From contig JAYGDO010000598.1 in the NCBI GenBank assembly GCA_046582885.1, positions 1 to 59,594 of the forward strand: a stretch of DNA of 59,594 nucleotides, read 5' to 3'. Positions 1 to 10,300 of this stretch are shown here, piece by piece; position 1 is the stretch's first letter; each line of letters starts with the position of its first letter. Below the pieces are notes generated by a model. That model made no database searches and was not told the origin of the DNA. It was given only the letters and a program-made list of their open reading frames with translations. A program made the translations under genes and the position numbers. The DNA is from Pirellulales bacterium (lineage in GTDB: Bacteria; Planctomycetota; Planctomycetia; Pirellulales; UBA7805).

Positions 1-145
1 CTGGGCCGCATTATTGGAATGATTGGCACTCGCCGTACGAATCCTGTTATCATGTCGGCTCGGTCGGGTTATAACGATTGATCGCCGATGAAATCATCCC
101 GCCAACTGTTCGTCTGCGATCCAACTGCGGCAAAGGAACTGTGTC

Positions 146-1849
146 ATGCGAAACGGATCTAGATTTGCGACGGCCCTGTTTTTCATCGCGATTGGTGGGT
201 TCGCACTGGACACCGGGCTGCTGAGGGGCGATGTGACATTGGCCCCGGTCATCGGCAGCAACATGGTACTGCAGCGCGACAAACCCGTGCCCATCTGGGG
301 TACGGCTGATGCTGGCGAAAAAGTAACCGTCAAGTTTTCCGGCCAAACCAAAACCGCGGTTGCGGGTAAAGACGGTCGCTGGCGGGTGACCCTCGACCCG
401 CTTGCAGCAGAACCGGATCAGACGGGGCAGAGTATGCAAGTTCAGGCCGCGAACACGATAGCGATTGAAAATATTCTGGTCGGTGAAGTTTGGCTTTGCT
501 CGGGCCAATCTAACATGGAGTGGACGGTTGGGCAGTCCACCAACGCCGCGGCTGAAATTGCGGCGGCCGAGTATCCTCAGATTCGTCACATTAAGATCGG
601 CCACACTCCGGCGGCCAAACCACTGGCCACTGCGCGTACCGGAGGTTGGCAAGAATGCAGCCCTCAAACCGCCGGGGGATTCACCGGGGTTGGATACTAC
701 TTTGGCCGCAAGATTAACAAGGAGTTAAAAGTCCCGATCGGCCTCATCGGCAGTAATTGGGGTGGCACACGGATCGAACCCTGGATTCCGCCACAAGGAT
801 TTCGCTCGGTCGAAGCGCTAAAGAACATCGCCGACAATCTGGACCAGTTTCCGAAAGGGAGCGGAAACCGGGTGCAACACCAATCGGCGTTGGCGCTATA
901 CAACGGCATGATTCACCCGCTCGTTCCGTTCGCCATCCGTGGCGCGGTTTGGTATCAGGGCGAGTCGAATATGGGCGAGGGAATGCTGTACCACGAGAAA
1001 ATGAAAGCGCTGATCACCGGTTGGCGGCAGGTTTGGGGTCAGCAAGATCAGTTTCCATTTTATTGGGTGCAGTTGGCACCTTTCACGGGATACGGCGGTG
1101 GCGCGCTGCCCGCAATTTGGGAGGCGCAGACCGCCACGCTGTCTGTTCCAAACACCGGCATGAGTGTAACCACCGATATTACGGGCAATATGGGCGACAT
1201 CCACCCGAGAAACAAACAGGATGTTGGCAAGCGTTTGGCGCTATGGGCACTGGCCAAGACCTACGGACATCGCGACCTGATCTATTCCGGGCCGCTCTAT
1301 CAGTCGATGAGGATCGAGGGCGACAAGATCCGGCTTTTCTTCGCCCACACCGGCGCCGGCCTGAAATCACGCGACGGAAAGGATTTAGATAGCTTTACGA
1401 TCGCCGACGCTGGCGGGCAGTTCGCACCCGCTACGGCAACGATCGACGGCATGACGGTCGTCGTCCGCGGACCGACCGTTAAATCTCCGACACAAGTCCG
1501 TTTTGGTTGGCACAAGTTGGCAAATCCGAATCTCTGTAATAGCGAAGGTTTGCCCGCAGCGCCGTTCCGTACCGAGAACTGGCGAGGCGGCACTGGATTG
1601 CCGCCCGGCCCGGGTATCGTCTTCGGGGGCCGCCCGCTGGTTGTGAAAACCGCACGCTTCAAACCTAAAACCGCGGACGCGAGTGGAGCGGCCAAGTTTT
1701 TTACCGCGCAACCGGTACAGAGACGTTTTTCTCGGCCACCGCCGAGCTGTCCGACGACGGGCAACTTGTTGCTACGATTCCGGCCGAAGCGACGCAGCGT
1801 CCGTTCGAATACTACATCCAATTCAAAGAAGAAAGCCTGCCCGCGCTGA
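146..1849 (+). CDS. Sialate O-acetylesterase-like carbohydrate esterase (SGNH/DUF303 type) with signal peptide; the last ~150 nt look out of frame (see frameshift finding)
   Basis: Hydrophobic N-terminus. Motifs GEVWLCSGQSNMEW, GSNWGGTRIEPW, WYQGESN and FRTENW are typical of the 9-O-acetylesterase family. After about nt 1700 the translation becomes Arg/Pro/Ser-rich and not protein-like. Confidence 0.75.
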   Translation: MRNGSRFATALFFIAIGGFALDTGLLRGDVTLAPVIGSNMVLQRDKPVPIWGTADAGEKVTVKFSGQTKTAVAGKDGRWRVTLDPLAAEPDQTGQSMQVQAANTIAIENILVGEVWLCSGQSNMEWTVGQSTNAAAEIAAAEYPQIRHIKIGHTPAAKPLATARTGGWQECSPQTAGGFTGVGYYFGRKINKELKVPIGLIGSNWGGTRIEPWIPPQGFRSVEALKNIADNLDQFPKGSGNRVQHQSALALYNGMIHPLVPFAIRGAVWYQGESNMGEGMLYHEKMKALITGWRQVWGQQDQFPFYWVQLAPFTGYGGGALPAIWEAQTATLSVPNTGMSVTTDITGNMGDIHPRNKQDVGKRLALWALAKTYGHRDLIYSGPLYQSMRIEGDKIRLFFAHTGAGLKSRDGKDLDSFTIADAGGQFAPATATIDGMTVVVRGPTVKSPTQVRFGWHKLANPNLCNSEGLPAAPFRTENWRGGTGLPPGPGIVFGGRPLVVKTARFKPKTADASGAAKFFTAQPVQRRFSRPPPSCPTTGNLLLRFRPKRRSVRSNTTSNSKKKACPR

Positions 1850-1872
1850 CGGATCCACCCGCAGCCGCCAAA

Positions 1873-2955
1873 TTGCCGCATAAAGTCGTACCCGACCTGC
1901 AGCCGCCCACGGCCGTCACAGATCTCGCATCGCCTGCCGTGAGCGACTTCGGTGTGACCTTGCGCTGGGAGGCGGCAACGGACGATCATCGAGTGACCGG
2001 CTACCGAATATTCCGCGGCGACCGTGACGGATTCGCGGCTTCGAAAAACAACGAGTTGGGAAACGTACCTGATCGGTTGCTCGAATTCATCGATTCCGCG
2101 CCCCCTGTCGGCAAGACGGCATGGTACGCGGTCCGCGCTGTGGATGTCGTGAAACGCGATGGCGAACTTGCCTATTTAAAAGTTGACGTGCCGCCAAATC
2201 GACCGCCGAAAAACCCGTTCAAGCTCGCCGCCGTGGCCGCCGGTAAGCGGGCATTTCTCCGCTGGTCCGGAAGTTTTGAACCGGACGTTGTCGCGATTGA
2301 AATCCTCCGGGGCACCGGCGGCGACAGCGAATTGAAATTGCTGGCGACTGTTGACGACCTTGCGAAAACGACGTTTGCCGACGAAGGCTTGCAAACCGAC
2401 ACAGATTATCGCTATGCGGTGCGTCTTCGTGACAGCGGCGACCTGACCAGCGCGGCAAGCGAACCACAGTTGGTCCGTCCCGGCCTCTATCTGAAGCGGA
2501 TCAATTGCGGTGGCGACGAATTCGTCGCCGCGGACGGCATCCCCTGGGAAGCGGACAACGGTCGTGTCGCCGGAACGTCGCACTGGAAAGCGAAGACCAT
2601 AATCGCCGCCGCGCCGTTGGATCTGCAGCCGATGTACCAAACCGAACGATGGTCCTACCAGAGTATTCGCTACCGATTCGATCTCAAGCCCGGCGCATAC
2701 GAGGTCGTCGTACATTTTGCCGAAACGAATCGGACTTATGCCGTAAAAGGAAAGCGGACCTTTGACGTCATTATGGGGGGCAGCAAGGTCCGCGAGGCGG
2801 TCGACATCTTCGGCGAGTCCGGCGGGCTGAATACGGCCTGGCAGATGGTAACCAAGGTCAAAGTCGCCGATTCACCCTTCGTAGTCGAACTGCGCAAAGG
2901 GCAGGCAGGGCCGGCGCTGAAGGGCATCGAAATCCGCGGCTTACCCACGCGCTAG
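1873..2955 (+). CDS. FN3-like repeats plus C-terminal malectin-type carbohydrate-binding domain; probably the C-terminal part of the upstream esterase
   Basis: VTLRWEAATDDHRVTGYRIFRG and FLRWSGSFEPDVVAIEILRG look like FN3. RINCGGDEFVAADGIPWEAD...FDVIMGG...LKGIEI is malectin-like. The frame is open upstream to 1669, and the only start codon is the TTG at 1873. Confidence 0.7.
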   Translation: MPHKVVPDLQPPTAVTDLASPAVSDFGVTLRWEAATDDHRVTGYRIFRGDRDGFAASKNNELGNVPDRLLEFIDSAPPVGKTAWYAVRAVDVVKRDGELAYLKVDVPPNRPPKNPFKLAAVAAGKRAFLRWSGSFEPDVVAIEILRGTGGDSELKLLATVDDLAKTTFADEGLQTDTDYRYAVRLRDSGDLTSAASEPQLVRPGLYLKRINCGGDEFVAADGIPWEADNGRVAGTSHWKAKTIIAAAPLDLQPMYQTERWSYQSIRYRFDLKPGAYEVVVHFAETNRTYAVKGKRTFDVIMGGSKVREAVDIFGESGGLNTAWQMVTKVKVADSPFVVELRKGQAGPALKGIEIRGLPTR

Positions 2956-3293
2956 AACCCGGCGGGATACGGTCGCCGGAGGACGAAACCGATCGTCACC
3001 GCGAGCCTTCTGCCTCGCGGTATCTCGGTCGTCTTTTCGATACTCACAGCAGTTGCCGGGTTCGGACCTCGGATGCCATGGATGCGGCCGGCACAAGATG
3101 CCGGATCTCGAACGACTCGCCGTCCCCAAAAACGGCCGGCTGACAGCACCGCGGGGCATGGAACCCCGTCCACGGGCATGCTAAAACGTGCTAAAATACG
3201 CGGCTGACCTGGTAAACAGTCGGCGACCACGCCTGCCGACGAAGGTCGCTCCCATAAATATCATCTGCCCCCATTTCGATAGGAGTACCCACC

Positions 3294-6200
3294 ATGCGCG
3301 CGACGATGTTGTTCGCTTTCTTGCTGGCCGCGTTATCCTGCGTCCTTACCCCCGAATTACTCAAAGCGGAAGAGGATGGATTCAAGCCGATCTTCAATGG
3401 CAAAGACCTTAACGGCTGGAGCGGGAACGGAAAGTTCTGGCGTGTTGAGGATGGCGCGATTACCGGTGAGACAACCCCGAACAACCCGACTCGCGGCAAC
3501 ACGTTCGTCATCTGGAATCAGGGCCAAGTCGATGACTTCGAATTAACGCTGTCATACCGCATTTTTGGCGGCAACTCGGGCATTCAGTATCGCTCCACGG
3601 ACCTCGGAAATTTCGTTGTCGGCGGCCATCAAGCCGACTTCGAGGCCGGCGACAAATGGAGCGGAACGCATTATCACGAGAAGGGCCGCGGCGTCCTGGC
3701 CGCCCGCGGCGAGAAGACGGAAATTGCGCTGGAAGGCAGACCAAAGGTGATTGAAAAACTCGGCGCGTCAAACGAGTTGCAAGCGAAGATTAAAAAAGAA
3801 GACTGGAACGAGTACCACATCATCGCCCTCGGCAAACGCATGATCCACAAGATCAACGGAGTCGTGATGACCGACGTGACGGACGGTCACAAGTCGGCCA
3901 GCCGGAGCGGCATCCTCGCTTTGCAACTGCACGCCGGGCCGCCAATGAAGGTTCAGTTCAAAGACATCCGGCTCAAGCGGCTGCCGATGGAGGGAAAGAA
4001 AAAAGTCGTCTTTATGGCGGGACGCGACAGTCATGGCCGCGGATCCCACGAGCATCGCGGCGGCTGCGCACTGCTGGCACTGGCGCTCAACGAAAACGTG
4101 CCAAACGTTCACGCCACGGTTTACTTTGAGGGCTGGCCGCAAGATCCGACTGCACTGGACAACGCCGACGCGCTGGTCATGTATGCCGACGGTGGCGGCG
4201 GGCACCCTGTGAATCGACAACTCGAACGAGTCGATGCCTACGTCAAAGACGGCATGGGCGTGGCCTGCATTCACTACGGTGTCGAAGTGCCAAAGGGACC
4301 GTCGGGCGAAAAGTTTCTCGATTGGATTGGCGGCTATTTCGAGGCCCACTGGTCGGTCAATCCTCATTGGACCGCGAATTTCAAAACGTTCCCCGAACAC
4401 GCGATCACCCGCGGCGTAAAGCCGTTTTCTATTGAGGACGAATGGTACTACCACATGCGGTTCCGGCCGGAGATGAAAGGCGTTACGCCGCTGCTCACCG
4501 ATTTGCCGCCGAAAGAGTCGCTCAGCCGCGGCGACGGCGCTCACAGCGGTAATCCGCACGTGCGGGCCGCCGTACTTGAGCGCAAAGAAAAGCAACACAT
4601 GGCTTGGTGCAGCGAAAACGAAGGCGGCAGCCGCGGCTTTGGCATTACCGGCGGACACTTTCACCGCAGTTGGGGAGACGACAACTTCCGCAAGTTGGTG
4701 CTCAACGGCCTTGTCTGGGTCGCCCAGGCCGATGTACCCGCGGAAGGTGTCTCGTCGAAGTCGCTCACGCAGGCGGACCTTGAAGGCTTTCTCAATCTGC
4801 CGCGGAAAACCGCTGGCGTCACCTCACCCCCCAAGTCGCAAACAATCACCATTGCACCGAACGTAAAGCCAAAGTTTAAGAGCGAGATCATCAATAAAGA
4901 TACAGCCGGTCACGCGGTCGATATCGACGTCGACATCACGGGTGCGAAGATTTTAACGCTCGTGGTTGACGATGGGGGCAACGGCGCCACAAACGACTGG
5001 GGCAACTGGGCCGAGCCGAGATTAATTGGGAAGAAAGGCGAATTGAAACTCACCGTCATCCGGCCAACCCGCATTCAACAATCGAGCCTGGGGAAAGCGC
5101 GGTTGAACGGCAATACGGCTGGCCGCAAGATGAAAATCGACGGCAAGCCGGTTCCCTACGGCATCGGCACGCATGCCAATTGCGTGATCACATACAAAGT
5201 TCCCGAGGGCTACACGCAGTTCAAGGCCCGCGGCGGGCTCGACGACGAATCGGTTGCCCAGGCAGGCAGCAAGTCATCGGTTCGATTCAGCGTTTACGCG
5301 GGCGAGGCGGCGCCGACCCTGACGGTCGCCTCGGGAAATCGTCCAGGAAATGCGCCGGTCAGCCGCGATCCGGCCCTCGCGGTCGGCGGTCTCGATGTCG
5401 CCGAAGGTCTGGAAGCGACGCTATTCGCCGCCGAGCCGATGATGCTCAATCCCAGTAACATTGAGATCGACCATCGAGGGCGGATCTGGGTCTGTGAAAT
5501 CGTCAACTATCGCGGACATCGCAATCGCCGCGCGGAAGGTGACCGAATTCTGATTCTCGAAGACACCACCGGCGACGGCAGGGCGGACAAGACAACCACC
5601 TTCTACCAAGGCCGCGATATCGACTCGCCGCACGGTATCTGCGTGCTGCCGACGCCCGACGGAAAGGGCACGCGGGCGATCGTTTCCGCCGGTGCTAATG
5701 TTTTCATCATGACGGACGAAGACGGCGACCTGAAAGCGGATAGGAAAGAGGTCTTCTTCACCGGTATCTCGGGCGCGCAACACGATCACGGCATCCACGC
5801 ATTCGTTTTCGGGCCGGACGGCAAGCTCTATTTCAACTTTGGAAACGCGGGCCGGCAGATCAAAGACAAAGACGGCAAGTCGGTCGTCGATGCCGCAGGC
5901 AACGAAGTCGCCGCCCATCGCAAACCTTATCAAGAGGGTATGGTGTTCCGCTGCAATAGCGACGGCAGTGAGTTTGAGACATTGGGCTGGAACTTCCGCA
6001 ACAATTGGATGGCCACCGTCGACAGCTTCGGCACAATCTGGCAGAGCGACAACGACGACGACGGCAACCGCGGCGTGCGGATCAACTTTGTGATGGAGTT
6101 TGGCAACTACGGCTACAAAGACGAATTTACCGGTGCCGGCTGGAAGGCCAAGCGGACCGGCATGCACGCAGAAGTCCCAAAGCGACACTGGCACTTAAAA

Positions 6201-7277
6201 GATCCGGGAGTTGTGCCGAACCTGCTGCAAACCGGCGCGGGTTCGCCCACTGGAATCACCGTTTACGAGGGCGACTTGCTGCCGGAGGTTTTCCACGGGC
6301 AAGTACTGCACTGCGACGCCGGACCAAACGTCTGTCGCGCATATCCGGTGAATGAAGACGGTGCCGGCTACAAGGCGGAAGTCGTTAATATTCTGCACGG
6401 CGCACGGGATAAGTGGTTCCGACCGGCTGACGTGGCGGTCGCACCCGATGGATCGATCTTCATCGCTGACTGGTACGACCCCGGCGTAGGAGGCCACCGG
6501 GCGGGGCACATCGACAGTGGCCGACTTTTCCGCGTCGCTCCGCCGGGAAACAAGTACAGCGTACCCGAACTCGATTTCTCCACGCCCTCCGGAGCCGTCA
6601 CGGCATTGAAAAACCCAAACTATACCGTCCGCTACATGGCATGGACCGCGCTGGTCGCGATGGGAGTGGAAAAAGTTGCGCCAGAACTCAAAAAGCTCTT
6701 AAATGATGAAAATCCGCGATACAGGGCGCGGGCATTCTGGATCATGTCCAAGTTTGCCCCCGATAGCATCGTCGATCGGATCGGCGACGAGGACCCCAAC
6801 ATCCGCATCACCGCTCTGCGCGCGGCGCGGCAGATGAAAGTTGACCTAATGCCGATGTTGAAAAAATCCGTCACTGACGAATCGCCGCAGGTTCGTCGTG
6901 AGGCTGCTGTCACCATCCGCCATCTAACACACGGTGACCTTTCCGAGTCGCAAATCAAAGAACTCGGTGGTCTTTGGGCAGAGTTAGCCGTTGGTCACGA
7001 CGGTAAAGACCGCTGGTATCTCGAAGCTCTGGGCATCGCCGCCCAGAAGCATCCCGACGCGTTCTTTGGTAGCTGGCTCGCCAAAGTTGGCGACGGCTGG
7101 AACACACCGGCCGGCCGCGATATTATCTGGCGGGTCCGCGCAAAAGCCGCTCCAATGCTATTGGCCAAAATTATTAAGTCCGTGGCCGCCTCCGACCATC
7201 CCCGCTACTACCGTGCACTCGATTTCCACAGCGGTCCCGAAAAGGACAAAGCACTGCAAGCCATCTTGACGCCCTGA
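3294..7277 (+). CDS. 1327-aa secreted multidomain protein: DUF1080 (3-keto-disaccharide hydrolase-like) + ThuA-like + NPCBM-like + beta-propeller 'membrane-bound dehydrogenase' module + HEAT-like repeats
   Basis: Signal peptide MRATMLFAFLLAALSCVL. Module motifs: FNGKDLNGWSG..FWRVEDGAITG..VQFKDIRLK; KKVVFMAGRDSHG..ADALVMYADGGGGHP; NDWGNWAEPRL and GIGTHANCVITYKVPEGYTQFKARGGLDDE; LEATLFAAEPMMLNPSNIEIDHRGRIWVCE. The C-terminal part is helical-repeat-like (DENPRYRARAFW, DEDPNIRITALRAA, DESPQVRREAA). Confidence 0.8.
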   Translation: MRATMLFAFLLAALSCVLTPELLKAEEDGFKPIFNGKDLNGWSGNGKFWRVEDGAITGETTPNNPTRGNTFVIWNQGQVDDFELTLSYRIFGGNSGIQYRSTDLGNFVVGGHQADFEAGDKWSGTHYHEKGRGVLAARGEKTEIALEGRPKVIEKLGASNELQAKIKKEDWNEYHIIALGKRMIHKINGVVMTDVTDGHKSASRSGILALQLHAGPPMKVQFKDIRLKRLPMEGKKKVVFMAGRDSHGRGSHEHRGGCALLALALNENVPNVHATVYFEGWPQDPTALDNADALVMYADGGGGHPVNRQLERVDAYVKDGMGVACIHYGVEVPKGPSGEKFLDWIGGYFEAHWSVNPHWTANFKTFPEHAITRGVKPFSIEDEWYYHMRFRPEMKGVTPLLTDLPPKESLSRGDGAHSGNPHVRAAVLERKEKQHMAWCSENEGGSRGFGITGGHFHRSWGDDNFRKLVLNGLVWVAQADVPAEGVSSKSLTQADLEGFLNLPRKTAGVTSPPKSQTITIAPNVKPKFKSEIINKDTAGHAVDIDVDITGAKILTLVVDDGGNGATNDWGNWAEPRLIGKKGELKLTVIRPTRIQQSSLGKARLNGNTAGRKMKIDGKPVPYGIGTHANCVITYKVPEGYTQFKARGGLDDESVAQAGSKSSVRFSVYAGEAAPTLTVASGNRPGNAPVSRDPALAVGGLDVAEGLEATLFAAEPMMLNPSNIEIDHRGRIWVCEIVNYRGHRNRRAEGDRILILEDTTGDGRADKTTTFYQGRDIDSPHGICVLPTPDGKGTRAIVSAGANVFIMTDEDGDLKADRKEVFFTGISGAQHDHGIHAFVFGPDGKLYFNFGNAGRQIKDKDGKSVVDAAGNEVAAHRKPYQEGMVFRCNSDGSEFETLGWNFRNNWMATVDSFGTIWQSDNDDDGNRGVRINFVMEFGNYGYKDEFTGAGWKAKRTGMHAEVPKRHWHLKDPGVVPNLLQTGAGSPTGITVYEGDLLPEVFHGQVLHCDAGPNVCRAYPVNEDGAGYKAEVVNILHGARDKWFRPADVAVAPDGSIFIADWYDPGVGGHRAGHIDSGRLFRVAPPGNKYSVPELDFSTPSGAVTALKNPNYTVRYMAWTALVAMGVEKVAPELKKLLNDENPRYRARAFWIMSKFAPDSIVDRIGDEDPNIRITALRAARQMKVDLMPMLKKSVTDESPQVRREAAVTIRHLTHGDLSESQIKELGGLWAELAVGHDGKDRWYLEALGIAAQKHPDAFFGSWLAKVGDGWNTPAGRDIIWRVRAKAAPMLLAKIIKSVAASDHPRYYRALDFHSGPEKDKALQAILTP

Positions 7278-7334
7278 TTGGGCGATTAATCCCAGATGAT
7301 TCAACCGAACAAAGGGGATATTAGCACGTTCCGG

Positions 7335-10300
7335 TCAGTCGCTTATTGAAGACTTCGCTTTTCGCATGGACGCAGCCGTTTTCTCGATCCGGCCCAAATT
7401 GTCCCTCATCTGGCCCAGGATATCTCGATGCTTTGCGGACTCTATCAAGTTCACATGCTCATCCGTATCGGCCTTTAGGTCATAAAGTTCCTCGCCGTCC
7501 GGCCAGCGGGCGTATCGCCAGCGTTCCGTCCTTATCGCCTTGCCGAGATTTTGGCCGCGCGTGACCACGGTATAGGCAATTTTTTTCCCTGGTGATGCGG
7601 CATTGCGCAACATTGGAACCAAACTGCGTCCTTGCAATCCGTCGGGGGACTTCACCGAGCAAAGTTGCGCCAATGTTGGATAGATGTCCACGAGTTCCAC
7701 CAAGCCGTTGCTTGATGAGTCCGGCTTCGTGGTTCCGGGAACTCGAATTATGAGCGGCACCCGATCGCAAACTTCGAAAAGTGTCACCTTGCCCCACATA
7801 AAGTGCTCGCCGAGCTGGTAACCGTGATCTGAGGTGAGCACAACAATGGTATTGTCCCATAAGTCGTTACGTTTCAGTCCGTCTAAGAGTAAACCGATCT
7901 GCGCATCGATAAATGAAATGCAGGCGTGATAGGCTTGCGTATACTCACGGCGAAGATCGTCGTTCTCAACCCCCAGCTTGAATCCAAATCCTTCGAATCG
8001 GTTGACCATTGCCGACCTGGGTGCCTGATTCCAGAAATCGACGGGCGGCACGGTGAAGCGCAGGCTATTTTCGGGGTACATCTTGAAGTAGGCGTCCGGG
8101 GCTAGAAACGGAACATGCGGCTTCTGAATGCCGCAAGCGATAAAGAACGGCTGGTCACCGTGCGATTTGTCGTTGAGCCACGCAACGACCTGGCGGACGT
8201 TCTTGCCGTCTTTGTGTTGTTCGTCGCGAAGCCCTGACTGACCATACCCCGGCCGCTGCTGTCCGCGCGTCTGCGTCGATAGCGCATCGAGATGTTTCTT
8301 CCACAACTGGCGTATTTTTCCCTTATCGACCGGGCCGTGCTTGGCTTCAAAAGCCTTCCTGGCGGCGGTCACGTGCGGCATCTCGTCGTTCTCGAATCGC
8401 AGGAATTGATTCCAGACCGCTTTACCCGGCTCGTGTCTTGTAGAATGAAACACCTTGCCGACCGATGCGGTCCAGTAGCCTTGTTCCCTAAAGCACTGCG
8501 GCATGGTCTGCGTCCTGGGCCGTATCTGTCGGATATCGGAACGGTTGTCCAGCACCCCTGTCGATTCCGGATAGAGGCCGCTGAGAAACGATGCCCGCGA
8601 CGGGCCGCAGACGGGGTACTGGCAATACGCCCGACCGAACCGCATCCCACCCCGTGCCAGGGCTTCAAAGGCGGGCGTTCTGATGTGCGGAAAGCCGGAT
8701 GTCGAGACGTGCGTGTTTAGGTCATCGCAAACGATGAACAGGACATTGGGCTGCGCCTTCTTTTCAGGTTGAGAATCCGTGCTGGATTTGGGCTCGCGTA
8801 ACGGGGGGTCGCCCGCCGCAGTTTTATTCCGAAGCAACTGCCCGGCTCTGCCGGTCAGCGTGAGGTAATGGTCGACCGGCAGACCTTCGTACGTGATGAA
8901 CTTCGCGTTGTCGCCGGTCGGTGGGTTATTGGTGCATTTGAAGATAGCGGTGGCTTCATCAACTTCGTCAAACATGGCAACGTAGATCATCTCGCAGCCG
9001 ATTCCCTTCGCGGCCCTGACCTGCGACCAGAAGAACTCGCCCTTCAGTCGCGGAATCTGGTCGAGCTTTCCACCATGTAGGTTGTGCCAACTGAAACCCG
9101 GAAATACGACGGGCAAAAAGTCGACGTTCTCGCGTTCGCACCACTCGCGATCCGGTTGCCAGACTTTCGTCGCGTGGCGGGAGGCTTCCTCAGGATTTCG
9201 ATAGCGGCCGATCGTCCACGGGCTAACAACGTCCGCCTCCTTGATGATTTCGTGCAGCAGCACATCGTCAACCGCATCCTGTTTGCGTTCCCGCCAGAAC
9301 GAGGGCACCCCCAGCATCACGGAGCAGCCAATCGACTTCATCCACTTCACAAGCTCGAAGCACTCGCGGAGTGAGTAATTTCGATCGTCACTGAAGCCGA
9401 CCCCCCAAATGGCGACCAGCGGCTTGCCATTGTGTTGCAGATAGTGTTCGTCGCTGGCGACATTCAACTCGGTATGCAATTTCATCCAGTCTCCGCGAAC
9501 GCGATTGACCTGTCCGCCGCGCAGCCCGCTGAGGTCATACATCACGGCGAACGCTCGGCCCGATTGTTTCGCCCCCTCGCGAACGTGGGACAACAGGGTA
9601 TTGTTATTCTGAAGCGATGCCGGACCCGAGAGGTCCGCGGCAAAACGCTGCAAGAAGGCGCCGTCGATGCCATAGTCACGCATCCACTGAAAGTGCCGCA
9701 GTACGGTCTTGCGATTCGCGCTGCTGAAGACGTTCGCCGGACTGCCATCGGCGTGCTTGAATCCGGTCGCGTAGAGCTCGTCGGGATCAAGTTCCGAAAC
9801 ATCGGGCCACAGGTCGACCACGACGTTACCCGGTGCAAAGGGTTTTGTCAGGTCACGTGCCCAATGTTTCCAACCGAGCTGTGCGCCGTCACCTGGACAG
9901 TTGAACCATCCCTGGTAACCGACCATGACTTTGCCAGTCAGCGTGCCGGCAACGACAGCGGACTGCGGCGCGGCCGGACCTGTCTTCGTCGCTTTGCGTT
10001 CGGCCTCCCGCTGTTTCTTTTTCTCCGCCCGAATGCGGGCCCGCTCTTTCTGGCGTTCGGTCAATGGTTTGTCGGGTTCTGGAGCCCGCGCATCGGCTCG
10101 TTTTTCACCACCGGTGATCGGATCGGCCATCGGCTTGATCCAGTCGTTGAAGGCAGTAGTCAGTGCCTTCACGACTTCCAGATTTTTGCTCGCCAGGTCT
10201 GTCCGCTCCGATGGATCGTCCGCAAGATTGATTAGCTCCTTACGTCCCTTTGATACGTGCAGTTTCCAGTCACCGCGACGGACCGCCCATTCGCCGTCGC

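Noticed and set aside
1300-1989. 229-aa minus-strand ORF spanning the esterase/malectin junction
   Set aside because: It is antisense to two protein-like plus-strand frames and its translation is compositionally junk-like. The junction is better explained by a plus-strand frameshift.
3768-6194. Long antisense ORFs inside the 1327-aa gene (3768..4664 at 298 aa, 5421..6194 at 257 aa, and others)
   Set aside because: They are Arg/Ala/Pro-rich with no motifs and lie wholly antisense to a strongly supported CDS. This is typical stop-codon-poor antisense frames of GC-rich DNA.
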